Assembly (NCBI GenBank): GCA_036267775.1
Contig: DATAVM010000108.1
Location: 5,845 to 69,844 of the forward strand
Direction: 5' to 3'
DNA length: 64,000 nucleotides
Origin: Gemmatimonadales bacterium
GTDB lineage: Bacteria > Gemmatimonadota > Gemmatimonadetes > Gemmatimonadales > GWC2-71-9
The translations under genes and the position numbers were made by a program. Shown piece by piece: positions 18,844-28,823 of this stretch. Each line of letters begins with the position of its first letter. The first letter of the stretch is position 1. The notes under the pieces were generated by a model, which was given only the letters and a program-made list of their open reading frames with translations, ran no database searches and had not been told where the DNA came from.

Positions 18844-21684
18844 ATGAACGAATTCGCCGCACGCCACGTCGGTCCGCGCCCCGACGATCTCGAGGCGATG
18901 CTTGGCGTGCTGGGTTATCCCACGCTCGACGCCTTCATCGACGCCGTCATTCCCGCGGGCATTCGCCTGCGCCGTCCGCTCGCGCTGCCGCCCGGCCGAG
19001 ACGAACGCTCCGTGCTCGGCACCATGCGCGAGATCGCCGAGCGCAACCGCGTGTTCCGCTCCTACATTGGCATGGGGTACAGCGGCACGTTTGTGCCGCC
19101 AGTCATTCAGCGCAACGTGCTGGAAAATCCCGGCTGGTATACAGCCTACACGCCGTATCAGGCGGAAATCGCGCAGGGCCGGCTCGAGGCGTTGCTCAAC
19201 TTCCAGACGATGGTGAGCGATCTCACCGCACTGCCGGTGGCCAACGCGTCGTTGCTCGACGAGGGCACCGCGGCCGCGGAAGCGATGGCGATGACCATCG
19301 GCGCCGTCAAGCACGAAGGCACGCCGATCTATCTGGTGGACGCGGCGTGTCACCCGCAGACGATCGCCGTGGTGGAAACGCGCGCGGAAGCGCGCGGCGC
19401 GGAAGTGCGCGTGGAAGACGCCGCGCATTTTCTTTTTGGACCCAACGTCGTGGGCTGCCTGCTGCAGTACCCCGCCACCGATGGTGCCGTGCACGATTGG
19501 CGCAACATCTGTGATCGCGCGCACGCCGCCGGAGCACTCGTCACCGTAGCGACGGACCTGCTCGCGCTTGCGCTCCTGGCGCCGCCGGGTGAATGGGGCG
19601 CCGATATCGCGGTGGGCAACTCGCAGCGCTTTGGCGTGCCGCTCGGCTACGGCGGGCCACACGCGGCGTTCTTTGCCACGCGCGATGCCTATAAGCGTCA
19701 CATTCCCGGCCGTATCATTGGCGTATCCAAGGATGTCGACGGCAAACCGGCGCTGCGCATGGCGCTGCAGACGCGCGAACAGCACATTCGCCGCGACAAG
19801 GCCACCAGCAACATCTGCACGGCACAAGTTCTCCTTGCCGTGATGGCCTCGATGTACGCGGTGTGGCATGGCCCCGAAGGGATTCACCGGATTGCGCGGA
19901 AGGTGCACGCCAAGGCCGTTCGACTGGCGGGCGCGCTGCGCGCGCTCGACTATCATGTCGACCACACGCACTTTTTTGATACCGTGTCCGTAACGCTCGA
20001 CCCGACCCGCTGCGATCGCGTGGTCAACGCTGCGCTCGAGCGGGGGATCAATCTTCGGCGCTTGAGCGACAGCCGCGCGACCATCGCCTTCGACGAGACG
20101 GTGACCGACGCCGACTTGACCGATGTCATCGCGTGCTTTGCGCTCGACCGCGCCATGCCGGCGGTCGTTGAAGACGCGACCGATGACGCGATTCCGACGA
20201 CGCTCGCGCGGACCAGCGGTTATCTCACGCATCCCGTGTTCCACCGGCATCGTTCGGAGACCGAGATGCTGCGCTATCTGCGCGGTCTCGAGGCCAAGGA
20301 CCTCTCGCTCACGGCGGCGATGATTCCGCTGGGCTCATGCACCATGAAGCTCAACGCCACGGCCGAGATGATGCCGGTGAGCTGGCCGGGCTTTGGGAGC
20401 CTGCATCCCTTTGCGCCGCGCGATCAGGCCGCCGGATACACCGAGATGTTCCGGGCACTTGAAGCCGATCTCTGCGAGATCACCGGCTTTGCCGCGGTGT
20501 CGCTGCAGCCCAACGCCGGCTCGCAGGGCGAATACGCCGGACTGCTCACCATTCGCGCGTGGCATCAGTCGCGCGGCGACATGCACCGCAACGTCTGCCT
20601 CATTCCGGTGAGTGCACACGGGACCAATCCGGCGAGCGCCGTGATGGCGGGAATGCAGGTCGTCGTCGTGGCGTCCGACGAGCACGGCAATATCGACGTG
20701 GCGGATCTCACGGCGAAAGCCGCGGCGCACGCGGATAATCTCGCGGCACTGATGGTGACGTATCCGTCGACGCACGGCGTGTTCGAGGATTCAATTCGCG
20801 AGATCTGCGACGTAATTCATCAGCATGGCGGCCAGGTCTACATGGATGGGGCCAACATGAACGCGCAGGTCGGGCTCTGCCGCCCCGCGGATTTTGGCGC
20901 GGACGTGTGTCACCTGAATCTGCACAAGACGTTCTGCATCCCGCACGGCGGCGGCGGCCCGGGCATGGGACCGATCGGTGTCGCGGCGCACCTGGTGCCT
21001 TTCCTGCCCGACAGCGATGTGGTGCCGCTCGGCCACGCGCATTCCTCGGGCTCCATCTCGGCCGCGCCGTGGGGGAGTGCCAGCATCCTTCCCATCTCGT
21101 GGGTGTACATCCTGCTGATGGGCGGCGATGGACTCACCTGGGCCACCAAGGTCGCGATCCTCAACGCGAACTACATCGCGCGCAGGCTCGAGGGCGCCTA
21201 CGAGCTGCTCTACACCGGCGCCCACGGTCTCGTGGCGCACGAGTGCATTGTCGATACGCGGCCGTTCAAGCAGAGCGCCGGGATTGAAGTGGAAGACATT
21301 GCCAAGCGGCTGATCGATTATGGCTTCCATCCGCCGACCGTGTCGTTTCCGGTGCCGGGCACGTTGATGGTCGAGCCGACGGAGTCGGAGTCCAAGGAAG
21401 AACTCGACCGCTTTATCGACGCGCTGCTCGCCATTCGCGAGGAGATCCGCCAGGTGGAGATCGGTGTGACGCCGCGCGAAGGCAACGTGCTCAAGGGCGC
21501 GCCGCACACGCTCGAGCAGGTCATTGCCGACGACTGGGATCGAGCGTATAGCCGCGAACTGGCGGCGTTCCCCGCACCCGGTCTGCGCGAGCGCAAGGCG
21601 TGGCCCACGGTGGGCCGCATCGACAGCGTCTTTGGCGACCGGAACCTGGTCTGCACCTGCCCGCCGGTGGAGGCGTACGCGTAG
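18844..21684 (+). CDS. gcvP: Glycine dehydrogenase (decarboxylating), single-chain P protein
   Basis: The true ATG is at 18844 inside track ORF 18496..21684 ([11 protein letters not shown]...). 946 aa. The PLP-lysine region is [25 protein letters not shown]. Confidence 0.95.
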   Translation: MNEFAARHVGPRPDDLEAMLGVLGYPTLDAFIDAVIPAGIRLRRPLALPPGRDERSVLGTMREIAERNRVFRSYIGMGYSGTFVPPVIQRNVLENPGWYTAYTPYQAEIAQGRLEALLNFQTMVSDLTALPVANASLLDEGTAAAEAMAMTIGAVKHEGTPIYLVDAACHPQTIAVVETRAEARGAEVRVEDAAHFLFGPNVVGCLLQYPATDGAVHDWRNICDRAHAAGALVTVATDLLALALLAPPGEWGADIAVGNSQRFGVPLGYGGPHAAFFATRDAYKRHIPGRIIGVSKDVDGKPALRMALQTREQHIRRDKATSNICTAQVLLAVMASMYAVWHGPEGIHRIARKVHAKAVRLAGALRALDYHVDHTHFFDTVSVTLDPTRCDRVVNAALERGINLRRLSDSRATIAFDETVTDADLTDVIACFALDRAMPAVVEDATDDAIPTTLARTSGYLTHPVFHRHRSETEMLRYLRGLEAKDLSLTAAMIPLGSCTMKLNATAEMMPVSWPGFGSLHPFAPRDQAAGYTEMFRALEADLCEITGFAAVSLQPNAGSQGEYAGLLTIRAWHQSRGDMHRNVCLIPVSAHGTNPASAVMAGMQVVVVASDEHGNIDVADLTAKAAAHADNLAALMVTYPSTHGVFEDSIREICDVIHQHGGQVYMDGANMNAQVGLCRPADFGADVCHLNLHKTFCIPHGGGGPGMGPIGVAAHLVPFLPDSDVVPLGHAHSSGSISAAPWGSASILPISWVYILLMGGDGLTWATKVAILNANYIARRLEGAYELLYTGAHGLVAHECIVDTRPFKQSAGIEVEDIAKRLIDYGFHPPTVSFPVPGTLMVEPTESESKEELDRFIDALLAIREEIRQVEIGVTPREGNVLKGAPHTLEQVIADDWDRAYSRELAAFPAPGLRERKAWPTVGRIDSVFGDRNLVCTCPPVEAYA

Positions 21685-21705
21685 AACCGCGTTGCCGCGC
21701 GGTTT
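21685..21705 (+). terminator. Weak hairpin immediately after gcvP
   Basis: AACCGCG-ttgccg-CGCGGTT followed by TGG. The stem is only 7 bp and the U-tract is poor. Confidence 0.3.
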
Positions 21706-21725
21706 GGCGGCGTATAACCGCATCT

Positions 21726-21781
21726 ACTAGTCCACTAGTTGACAACTCGCTGCCCTGCCCATAGACTACTAGTCAACTAGT
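21726..21781 (+). promoter_or_regulatory. Promoter plus two tandem ACTAGT-NN-ACTAGT operators of the BlaI/BlaR1 operon
   Basis: There are four copies of the palindrome ACTAGT (21726, 21734, 21768, 21776), a hexamer expected to be rare in such GC-rich DNA. They bracket a consensus -35 TTGACA (21739-21744), a 17-nt spacer and a -10 TAGACT (21762-21767). The ATG is at 21798. Confidence 0.55.
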
Positions 21782-21797
21782 AGCATGGGGGCATTGC

Positions 21798-22172
21798 ATG
21801 GGCGTTGTTCTGACCGGCCGCGAGCTCGAAATCATGACCATCCTCTGGCGTCTTGGATCCGGCACGGTGGCGGATGTTCAGGAGCGCCTCCCTGCGGACC
21901 TGGCCTACACCACGGTGCTGTCGCTGATCCGCACCATGGAGGAGAAGGGCTATCTCCGCCATGAGACCACGGGCCGAGCGCATCGCTACTTCCCGACGAT
22001 CCAGGAACAGGCGGTTCGCCGGAGCGCGCTCAAGCAGCTGGTGGACACCGTATTCGACGGCGCACCGGAAGCGGTGCTCACGCAACTCGTCAGTGATCGG
22101 CGTCTCACCGAAGCGGATCTGCTGCGCCTTCGCCGTTTGCTCGACGAGCGGTTGCCCAAGGAGGATGCGTGA
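21798..22172 (+). CDS. BlaI/MecI/CopY-family transcriptional repressor
   Basis: 124 aa. Winged helix LTGRELEIMTILWRLGSGTVADVQERLPADLAYTTVLSLIRTMEEKGYLRHE, plus a C-terminal dimerisation helix. Confidence 0.9.
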   Translation: MGVVLTGRELEIMTILWRLGSGTVADVQERLPADLAYTTVLSLIRTMEEKGYLRHETTGRAHRYFPTIQEQAVRRSALKQLVDTVFDGAPEAVLTQLVSDRRLTEADLLRLRRLLDERLPKEDA

Positions 22173-23449
22173 TCACCCCCTGGCTTCTTTACGCTGCGCT
22201 CCTCGGCGCGCTCATCGGATGTGCTGCGCTCGGCGTCGAACGTCTCGTTGGTGCGGGACGCCGACCGGTGCGCGGTGTGTGGCTCGCGGCTCTCGCCGCT
22301 GCGGTGCTGCTGCCGATCGTTGCGGACCTGTGGCTGGCGCAAGTACCGGTGGTGCATACGGTCAGCCGCGTGACAACGGTTGCGGCGCCGCGCGTGTCGC
22401 TCGACAGCGTGCTTCTGCTACTCTGGGCAGCGGTGTCTGTATTGCTGGTCGCCCGCATGGCGCTGGCGATCTGGAGCCTCCGGAACCGACGGCGCGAGTG
22501 GCGCGAGATCACGGTTGATGGCCGGCGCGTGTTGCTGACCACCGATACCGGTCCCGCACTCGTGGGGCTCCTGCAGCCGCAACCGGTGGTACCGGAATGG
22601 GCGCTCGCGTTCAGCCGGGGCGAGCGTGAATTGATCCTGCGCCACGAAGCCGAACACGCCCGCGCCCGCGATCCGTGGGTCTTGATGGCGGCGGCGGCGA
22701 GTGTGGCCGCCATGCCGTGGAATCCGGCGCTCTGGTGGCTGTCGCGCCGGCTCAGGCTGGCGGTGGAAATCGATTGTGACGCGCGGGTGCTGCGGAGCGG
22801 AGCCGACGCGCGGTCCTATGCATCCTTGCTGCTTGCCGTGGGTGAGCGGTTGTCGCGGGCGCCCCTTGCCGGAGCGACCGCTCTGGCCGAACCGCGCTCG
22901 CTCCTTGAACGGAGGGTTACTGCCATGATTGCGTCCAAGTCGTATCGTCGTCCGGCCGTGATGACCGCCGGCCTCCTCGCGGTTGTTGCTGGAGCGCTTG
23001 TGATCGCCTGTGAAGCGCCGTTGCCTGACCAGGCGCTGCCGGCAACAACCGCAGCGGTCGCTGCGCCTGCGGTCCCGTCGGTCCACTTGGTCTACGACAC
23101 CCTGATCGCGACCACGCTCGATGGCCAGCTACGAACCGCGCAGCTGGGTGCTCGCGGCGTAGTGTCCGCAAGGTACCTGGCGGATTCGGCCGCGGTTCAT
23201 GCCGATTCCATTCGCGTGCAGGGTCGGGGATACCAGATCGAGCCGCTGGCGAACCCGTCAGCCGAGAAGATTGTGCTCGACTCCGCTGCCCGGGCGGTTC
23301 GCACGCACGAGCGGGCATATCAGATCAAGCCGCTGGCGAATCCGTCACACGAGAAGATTGTGCTCGATTCCGCTGCCGGGGTGGTGCTCGGCGTTCCGCT
23401 CCACTTGCGGAAGACGACGGTGGCTGGTTCAGGCCCCGGCTCGCGGTAG
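22169..23449 (+). CDS. BlaR1/MecR1-like M56 peptidase (signal-transducing antirepressor)
   Basis: The GTG overlaps the BlaI stop (GTGA). N-terminal TM helices, a zinc motif HEAEH (ILRHEAEHARARDPW), a further TM helix, then an extracytoplasmic C-terminal region with an internal repeat. Confidence 0.85.
   Translation: MITPWLLYAALLGALIGCAALGVERLVGAGRRPVRGVWLAALAAAVLLPIVADLWLAQVPVVHTVSRVTTVAAPRVSLDSVLLLLWAAVSVLLVARMALAIWSLRNRRREWREITVDGRRVLLTTDTGPALVGLLQPQPVVPEWALAFSRGERELILRHEAEHARARDPWVLMAAAASVAAMPWNPALWWLSRRLRLAVEIDCDARVLRSGADARSYASLLLAVGERLSRAPLAGATALAEPRSLLERRVTAMIASKSYRRPAVMTAGLLAVVAGALVIACEAPLPDQALPATTAAVAAPAVPSVHLVYDTLIATTLDGQLRTAQLGARGVVSARYLADSAAVHADSIRVQGRGYQIEPLANPSAEKIVLDSAARAVRTHERAYQIKPLANPSHEKIVLDSAAGVVLGVPLHLRKTTVAGSGPGSR
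23231..23381 (+). repeat. 87-bp-period tandem duplication inside the BlaR1-like gene
   Basis: Bases 23231-23294 and 23318-23381 are about 90% identical. They encode YQIEPLANPSAEKIVLDSAA and YQIKPLANPSHEKIVLDSAA. Confidence 0.8.
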
Positions 23450-23451
23450 CG

Positions 23452-24006
23452 TTACGGCGACTCTGGTCCACGTCCGCCGCGCGGCGTCCGTTTGAGTGCC
23501 AGGAACGTGACGGTGTCCCACGAGTTGTGAATACCAATGAAGAGCAGCAGCATGGCCGCGGTGGCGATGCCGTATAGCGCGCCAGCGCGGCCGAGGCAGA
23601 GGGTGATCCCGGCGATGGTCTGTGTGACGTAGGCGAGGAATGGCAGGATGGTATGCCAGAGCCAGTCTTCGAAAACGGGACGATATTCGGTTTGCCGGCG
23701 TGCGCGCCTGGTAACCAGCGCTACATAGACGATTCCCACCGCGCCCACCATGCCGACCGCCGCCCCAACACCAGTGAGTGCCGGCCACGGGGCACAGAGC
23801 AGAGCTGAGATGAGCAGCGCTGCGCAGAAGTGGACCACGGTTGGCGTGCTGTAGGCATCGATGCCGTCGCTCGATGTCCGCAGGCTGGTATCCGGGATCA
23901 GCGTGACGACGACGAAATTGAGGCCGGTCAGCGCGGCTGCCGATGACCCAAGAATGACGTAGAAACTCTGCCATCCGGCGAGAAGTACGGAGCTGTCGGT
24001 CTGCAT
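23452..24006 (-). CDS. Hypothetical integral membrane protein (about 184 aa)
   Basis: The ATG at 24006 gives MQTDSSVLLAGWQSFYVILGSSAAALTGLNFVVV and 5-6 hydrophobic helices. The track's start at 24126 adds an improbable basic extension. Confidence 0.5.
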   Translation of the reverse strand: MQTDSSVLLAGWQSFYVILGSSAAALTGLNFVVVTLIPDTSLRTSSDGIDAYSTPTVVHFCAALLISALLCAPWPALTGVGAAVGMVGAVGIVYVALVTRRARRQTEYRPVFEDWLWHTILPFLAYVTQTIAGITLCLGRAGALYGIATAAMLLLFIGIHNSWDTVTFLALKRTPRGGRGPESP

Positions 24007-24132
24007 GTGGTCGAGACGATACCGCGCTGTCGCGGAAACGGCAACGGGCTGACGGCGTGATGTTCTGGTGATGCAGAGCGACGAGTTCTGGTTGATTCCC
24101 GATCTGGTCAAGCGATAGCGGGACAAAAACCT

Positions 24133-26409
24133 CTACTGCGGATACAACATCCGGTACACCGCAAGGTTGGTCAGCACTGTCCGCACATAGCCGCGCGTCT
24201 CCACAAACGGGATCCGCTCGACGAACATCTCCGGGTCGTCGAGCGGGTCGCGCGCGTGCTCCGCGGTACGCGGGTTGCCGTCGAGCGGCGACTCGCTCCA
24301 CTGCGCCACCGGTGTGCCGCCGGCGTTGTACGCGGCCAAGGCGCGCTCCGCCTCGGGATAGCGCGACAGCACGCCGGCAAAATGGTGCATGCCCAGCGCC
24401 AGGTTCACGTCCGGAATCCAGAGCATCGCGGGGTCGAAGTCGGCAGTGCCCGCGAGCGACGCAAGCTCGCGTCCCGTCGCGGGCTCGACCTGCATGAGCC
24501 CGCGTGCGTTGGTGCGGGACGTGGCATGCGGATCAAAGCCCGACTCCTGCTTGATGACCGAGGCCGCGAGATAGGGGTCGACGCCTTCCCGACTCGCGTC
24601 GGCACGGAGCGCGTCGGCATAGGGGAGCGGATAGAGCAGGTGCCAGAGGAGGACGTCCTTTGTCTCACCGACCGCAATCGCGCGGTTGGCGAGCGCTCCC
24701 GCCTGCGCTGGGTACCCGCGAATGGCAAACGCCAGTGCGGTGCCCGCGAGTTCGTCCGCGCCAGTCGCCGTGTTTGCGATGCGGTCGCGCTCGAGCTTGG
24801 CCTCGGCGTCGAGGCCGAATGTTGATAACAGCGCGGCCCGCGTGAACACGCCGTCGAGTGAATCCGGGTTGCGGAGCGGTGCCTCGGGAATGGCGCGCCA
24901 CGGCACCGTGTCGAGGCGAGCGGCCGCGCGAATGGCGTAGTAATTGGTGGGACCGCGCGCCAGCAGGCTCTGAAAGCCGCGTCGCGCGGCCGCGGTGTCG
25001 GCGTTGGCGAGGTCGGCGCGGGCCAGCCAGTAGTGCAGCGCGTCGCCATCCAGACCAGTGACGGGCCGCACAGCGAGCGCCTTGCGAATGTCGCTGGCCG
25101 CAACAGCCGCCTTGTCGTGCGCCAGTGCGATCAGCGCGGCGATGAGCAACGCATGATCGCGCTGCGAGCTCGTGGGATAGCGTGTGGCAAGAGCGAGATA
25201 GTCCGCGCGCGTCGAGTCGACATTGCCGTTGTCGAGCGCCAGATCACCCAGGAGAAGGAGCGCGATCGACGCGGCGGTGGTGTCATGCGGAAAGCGTGTG
25301 ATGACACTGTGCAGTGCGGTGCTCGCAGCCGCATCGTTGCCGCCCCGCAGCAATGCCCGGGCACGACCGTACGCGGCCTGACCGGCAAGCGGTCCGGTGC
25401 GGATCGCGGCAAAGGCGGCAATGGCATCCGGCCAGTGCGACAGTGCAGCGAGCGCTGTCGCATTGGCAAAGCGGTCGCGATCGGCGAGCGGCGCCGCAAC
25501 GGCCGCGGCGGCAAATTGATCGACGGCATCCTGATTTCGGCCGATTGCGGCTGCACGCCGCGCGACGAGCAGGCGGTCGGTGGCCGTGAACGCCGGATGC
25601 AGCTGACCGATCAGATCGAGCGCGTCGCGTGTATCCGCGATCGATGCGGTGGGCAGCCGCGCGGCGAGTGTCGCAGCCATTTGCGCGCGCATGCTGTCGG
25701 GTGCCGACTGCCATCGCGCATGCAGTGCCGGCACCCACGCGCCGACGGAGTCATATCGCACCGCGGCGCCGGCAAAGTCGCCGGTGCGCTCGCGAGCGGC
25801 GGCCTCCGTCCATGCAATGCGTGCGACCGCGGCCGGTACGGCGACGCTCCGATACAGCACGCGGCGCGCAGTGGAATCATCGGTCGCGGCGGCCGCCCGC
25901 AGGGTGAGCCAGTCCGCGAGAGCGGGCAACAGGCCAGCTGCACGGCGATACACGGTGGCGGCGGAGTCGTACTGCGAAAGCCGCGCATAGCTGCGGGCCA
26001 GAATGATGAGCCGGCGACCCTGCTCGGCGGCAGACCTGAGGGAATCCGGCGTTGCCGCCGCGGCCGCATGGCGGAAGGCGTCGAGATTTCGTCCATCGGC
26101 GAGCGCACCCTCGGCCAGGAGCCGCCGGCCCAGGCGATCGTACCGCGTGTCGAGCCACGGTTGCGATTCGAGGAGTTGCCGCACCGTGCTCCACCCTTCC
26201 CATCCGGCGGCGGCGCGGGCGGCGAGCATGATGGCATCGGGGGTGCGGGTCGCGGGCGTGGCGAGGATCGGTGCCAGAAGCTGCGACGCGCGCCACGGCT
26301 GGCCAGTCGCGACCGCAGAATCGGCCTGTGCGAGGCGATCCTGCGCGCCGAGCGGCGCGGCACATACCATCAGGGCGAACAACGCGCGACGGAACATTCT
26401 GGACAACAT
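24133..26409 (-). CDS. Soluble lytic murein transglycosylase (Slt70-like)
   Basis: Signal peptide MLSRMFRRALFALMVCAAPLGAQ (ATG at 26409; alternative GTG at 26424). A long Ala-rich superhelical (TPR-like) region, then a C-terminal SLT domain VIKQESGFDPHATSRTNARGLMQV ... AYNAG. Confidence 0.85.
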   Translation of the reverse strand: MLSRMFRRALFALMVCAAPLGAQDRLAQADSAVATGQPWRASQLLAPILATPATRTPDAIMLAARAAAGWEGWSTVRQLLESQPWLDTRYDRLGRRLLAEGALADGRNLDAFRHAAAAATPDSLRSAAEQGRRLIILARSYARLSQYDSAATVYRRAAGLLPALADWLTLRAAAATDDSTARRVLYRSVAVPAAVARIAWTEAAARERTGDFAGAAVRYDSVGAWVPALHARWQSAPDSMRAQMAATLAARLPTASIADTRDALDLIGQLHPAFTATDRLLVARRAAAIGRNQDAVDQFAAAAVAAPLADRDRFANATALAALSHWPDAIAAFAAIRTGPLAGQAAYGRARALLRGGNDAAASTALHSVITRFPHDTTAASIALLLLGDLALDNGNVDSTRADYLALATRYPTSSQRDHALLIAALIALAHDKAAVAASDIRKALAVRPVTGLDGDALHYWLARADLANADTAAARRGFQSLLARGPTNYYAIRAAARLDTVPWRAIPEAPLRNPDSLDGVFTRAALLSTFGLDAEAKLERDRIANTATGADELAGTALAFAIRGYPAQAGALANRAIAVGETKDVLLWHLLYPLPYADALRADASREGVDPYLAASVIKQESGFDPHATSRTNARGLMQVEPATGRELASLAGTADFDPAMLWIPDVNLALGMHHFAGVLSRYPEAERALAAYNAGGTPVAQWSESPLDGNPRTAEHARDPLDDPEMFVERIPFVETRGYVRTVLTNLAVYRMLYPQ

Positions 26410-26440
26410 AACCGCGACACTCACCGCGCCGGCCGTCCCC

Positions 26441-27667
26441 TCATTCGGTCGGAACGAACTCCCCTTCCCAGCGCGCCATCACCGCCGATGCGAGGCAGTT
26501 GCCGAGGAGGTTGATCGACGTGCGCGCCATGTCCATCAGCGCATCGACGCCAAGAATGACGGCGACGCCTTCGAGCGGGAGGTTGAACGAGGTGAGTGTC
26601 CCGGAAAGAATCACCAGTGCGGCGCGCGGCACGGCGGCGACGCCCTTGGAGGTGAGCATCAGCGTGAGCATCATCAGGATCTGCGTGCCCAGTGGCATGT
26701 CCACACCGGCGGCCTGCGCCACGAACACCGATGCGACCGCGAGATAGAGCGTTGAGCCGTCGAGGTTGAACGAGTATCCCGCCGGGAGCACAAAGGCCAC
26801 GATCCGCTTGGGAACGCCCATCTTCTCCATGTTCTCCATCGCCAGCGGCAACGCCGCTTCCGACGACGCGGTGGAGAACGCGATGAGGTAGGGCTCCTTG
26901 ACATACTTCCAGAAGAGGCGGACGGGAATGCGCGCGATGAGTGCCACCGGCAAGAGTGCCACCAGCGCGAACACCGCCAATGCCGCATAGAGCGTGAGCA
27001 CCAGAGCGCCGAGGTTCTTGAGCACACCGATGCCGCTGTGGCCCACGGTGACCGCGACCGCGGCGCCAATGCCGATGGGCGCGAACTTCATGACGATCTC
27101 GGTGAACTTGAACATCACTTCCGCGAGCGACTCGCAGAAGGCGAGCATCGTCTCCTTGGCTCGTCCCTTGACGCGGCTCAGGCCGGCGCCAAAGATCACG
27201 GTAAAGACCACCACCTGCAGCACTTCGTTCTTCGCGGCGGAGTCGAAGAACGACGTCCCGACCGAATGCGTCAATACGCTCGCGAAGGTGGTGTGCGTCG
27301 CGGCAAACTGTTTGCCCGCATCGGCGCTGGCTGCGAGAGCCACGCCCACGCCGGGACGCAGCAGATTGACCATCGCGAGTCCCACGATCAGTGCGATGGT
27401 GGTGACGACCTCGAAATAGATGATGCTGCGGAGTGCCAGCTTGCCGACGCGCTTGAGGTCGTCGCCGTGGCCCGCGATCCCGACCACCAGCGCGCTGAAA
27501 ATCAGCGGGACGACGATTGCCTTGATCAGGCTGATGAAGATGGTGGAGAACGGCCCGAGAATGTTGGCCATGTCGGCGGTCGGCCAGTATTCGTGATTGA
27601 GCCAACCGATAATCACGCCGGCGACCATCGCAACGATGATCCAGCCGGTGAGGGAAATCTTCCTCAT
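26441..27667 (-). CDS. Dicarboxylate/amino acid:cation symporter (DAACS; GltP/DctA family)
   Basis: 408 aa: MRKISLTGWIIVAMVAGVIIGW ... SSEAALPLAMENMEKMGV ... GYSFNLDGSTLY ... the reentrant-loop signatures. Confidence 0.9.
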   Translation of the reverse strand: MRKISLTGWIIVAMVAGVIIGWLNHEYWPTADMANILGPFSTIFISLIKAIVVPLIFSALVVGIAGHGDDLKRVGKLALRSIIYFEVVTTIALIVGLAMVNLLRPGVGVALAASADAGKQFAATHTTFASVLTHSVGTSFFDSAAKNEVLQVVVFTVIFGAGLSRVKGRAKETMLAFCESLAEVMFKFTEIVMKFAPIGIGAAVAVTVGHSGIGVLKNLGALVLTLYAALAVFALVALLPVALIARIPVRLFWKYVKEPYLIAFSTASSEAALPLAMENMEKMGVPKRIVAFVLPAGYSFNLDGSTLYLAVASVFVAQAAGVDMPLGTQILMMLTLMLTSKGVAAVPRAALVILSGTLTSFNLPLEGVAVILGVDALMDMARTSINLLGNCLASAVMARWEGEFVPTE

Positions 27668-27698
27668 CGCGAATCCTGGTTAAGGACGGGAACAGCCC

Positions 27699-28811
27699 TC
27701 AGGCGGCCAGCGCGCTGGCCTTCTGCTCGACGCGCTTGAGCAGCGCATTCCAGCTCTCCGTGAACTTCTTGACGCCGTCCTCCTCGAGGAACGCCGTAAT
27801 GCTCGCGAGCGAGGGAGCGCCGAGCTTTTCATAGTCGGCCAGCAATTGCGCAGCCTGGTGCTCGGCGTCCGGCGTGATGCGCACTTCCGGGCGGCCATGA
27901 TCGAGATACGCGCGATAGGTGTCGGGCGGGATGGTGTCGACCGTGTCGGATGCCACGAGGGCCTCGACATAGTAGACGTCGGAGAGGGTGTGGTCCTTGG
28001 TGCTGGTGGACGCCCACAGTGGGCGCTGTGCCTTGGCACCTTTGGCGACAAGGGCCTGCCAGCGCGGCGTGAGGAGCGACTTGCCGAAGGTGTCGTACGC
28101 AACCATCGCGTTGGCGATCGCCATCCGGTGCAGGAACCCCTTGGCCGCAAAGCCGATCTTTGCGAGGGCCGGGTCGGTCTGGCCATCGACGCGCGAGACA
28201 AAGAAGCTCGCGACCGAATGGATCTGGTTGATGGGTTCGCCGCGTGCCGCGCGCTGCTCGAGGCCGGTGCGGAACGCGTCGATCACCTGCTTGTAGCGGT
28301 CGACGCCAAAGAGCAGCGTGATGTTGATGTTGATCCCATCGGCAAGACATTGCGTGATCGCCGGCAAGCCAGCGGCCGTGCCGGGAATCTTGACCATCAG
28401 GTTGGGTCGGTTGACGCGCTGCCAGAGGCGATGCGCTTCGGCAATGGTGGCAGCGGTATCGAACGCTGTGACAGGCGAGACTTCGATGGAGACCGTCCCG
28501 TCTCCGTGACCGCTGGCGTCATACACCGGCCGGAACACATCGCAGGCGGCCTGCACGTCGGCGACCATCAGCGATTCCACAATCTCCGCCGGCTTGGCAC
28601 CGCCCTTGGCGAGCGAACGGATGTCCTCGTCGTAGTCGGTGCTCGCCCCGACGGCCTTCTCGAAGATCGTCGGATTGGACGTCATGCCGCGCAGGCCTTC
28701 GTCGCGGATCAGCCGCGCGAGTTCGCCGGAGTGCACCAGGTCGCGGGTGATGAAATCGTACCAGGGACTCTGGCCGAGCTGGCCAAGCTGCACGAGGGTG
28801 TTGGTCGACAT
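27699..28811 (-). CDS. tal: Transaldolase (long, about 370-aa type)
   Basis: The ATG at 28811 gives MSTNTLVQLGQLGQSPWYDFITRD ... GLRGMTSNPTIFEKA ... LMVKIPGT. The track's TTG at 28823 is an alternative start. Confidence 0.9.
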   Translation of the reverse strand: MSTNTLVQLGQLGQSPWYDFITRDLVHSGELARLIRDEGLRGMTSNPTIFEKAVGASTDYDEDIRSLAKGGAKPAEIVESLMVADVQAACDVFRPVYDASGHGDGTVSIEVSPVTAFDTAATIAEAHRLWQRVNRPNLMVKIPGTAAGLPAITQCLADGININITLLFGVDRYKQVIDAFRTGLEQRAARGEPINQIHSVASFFVSRVDGQTDPALAKIGFAAKGFLHRMAIANAMVAYDTFGKSLLTPRWQALVAKGAKAQRPLWASTSTKDHTLSDVYYVEALVASDTVDTIPPDTYRAYLDHGRPEVRITPDAEHQAAQLLADYEKLGAPSLASITAFLEEDGVKKFTESWNALLKRVEQKASALAA

Positions 28812-28823
28812 CGTTATCTCCAA

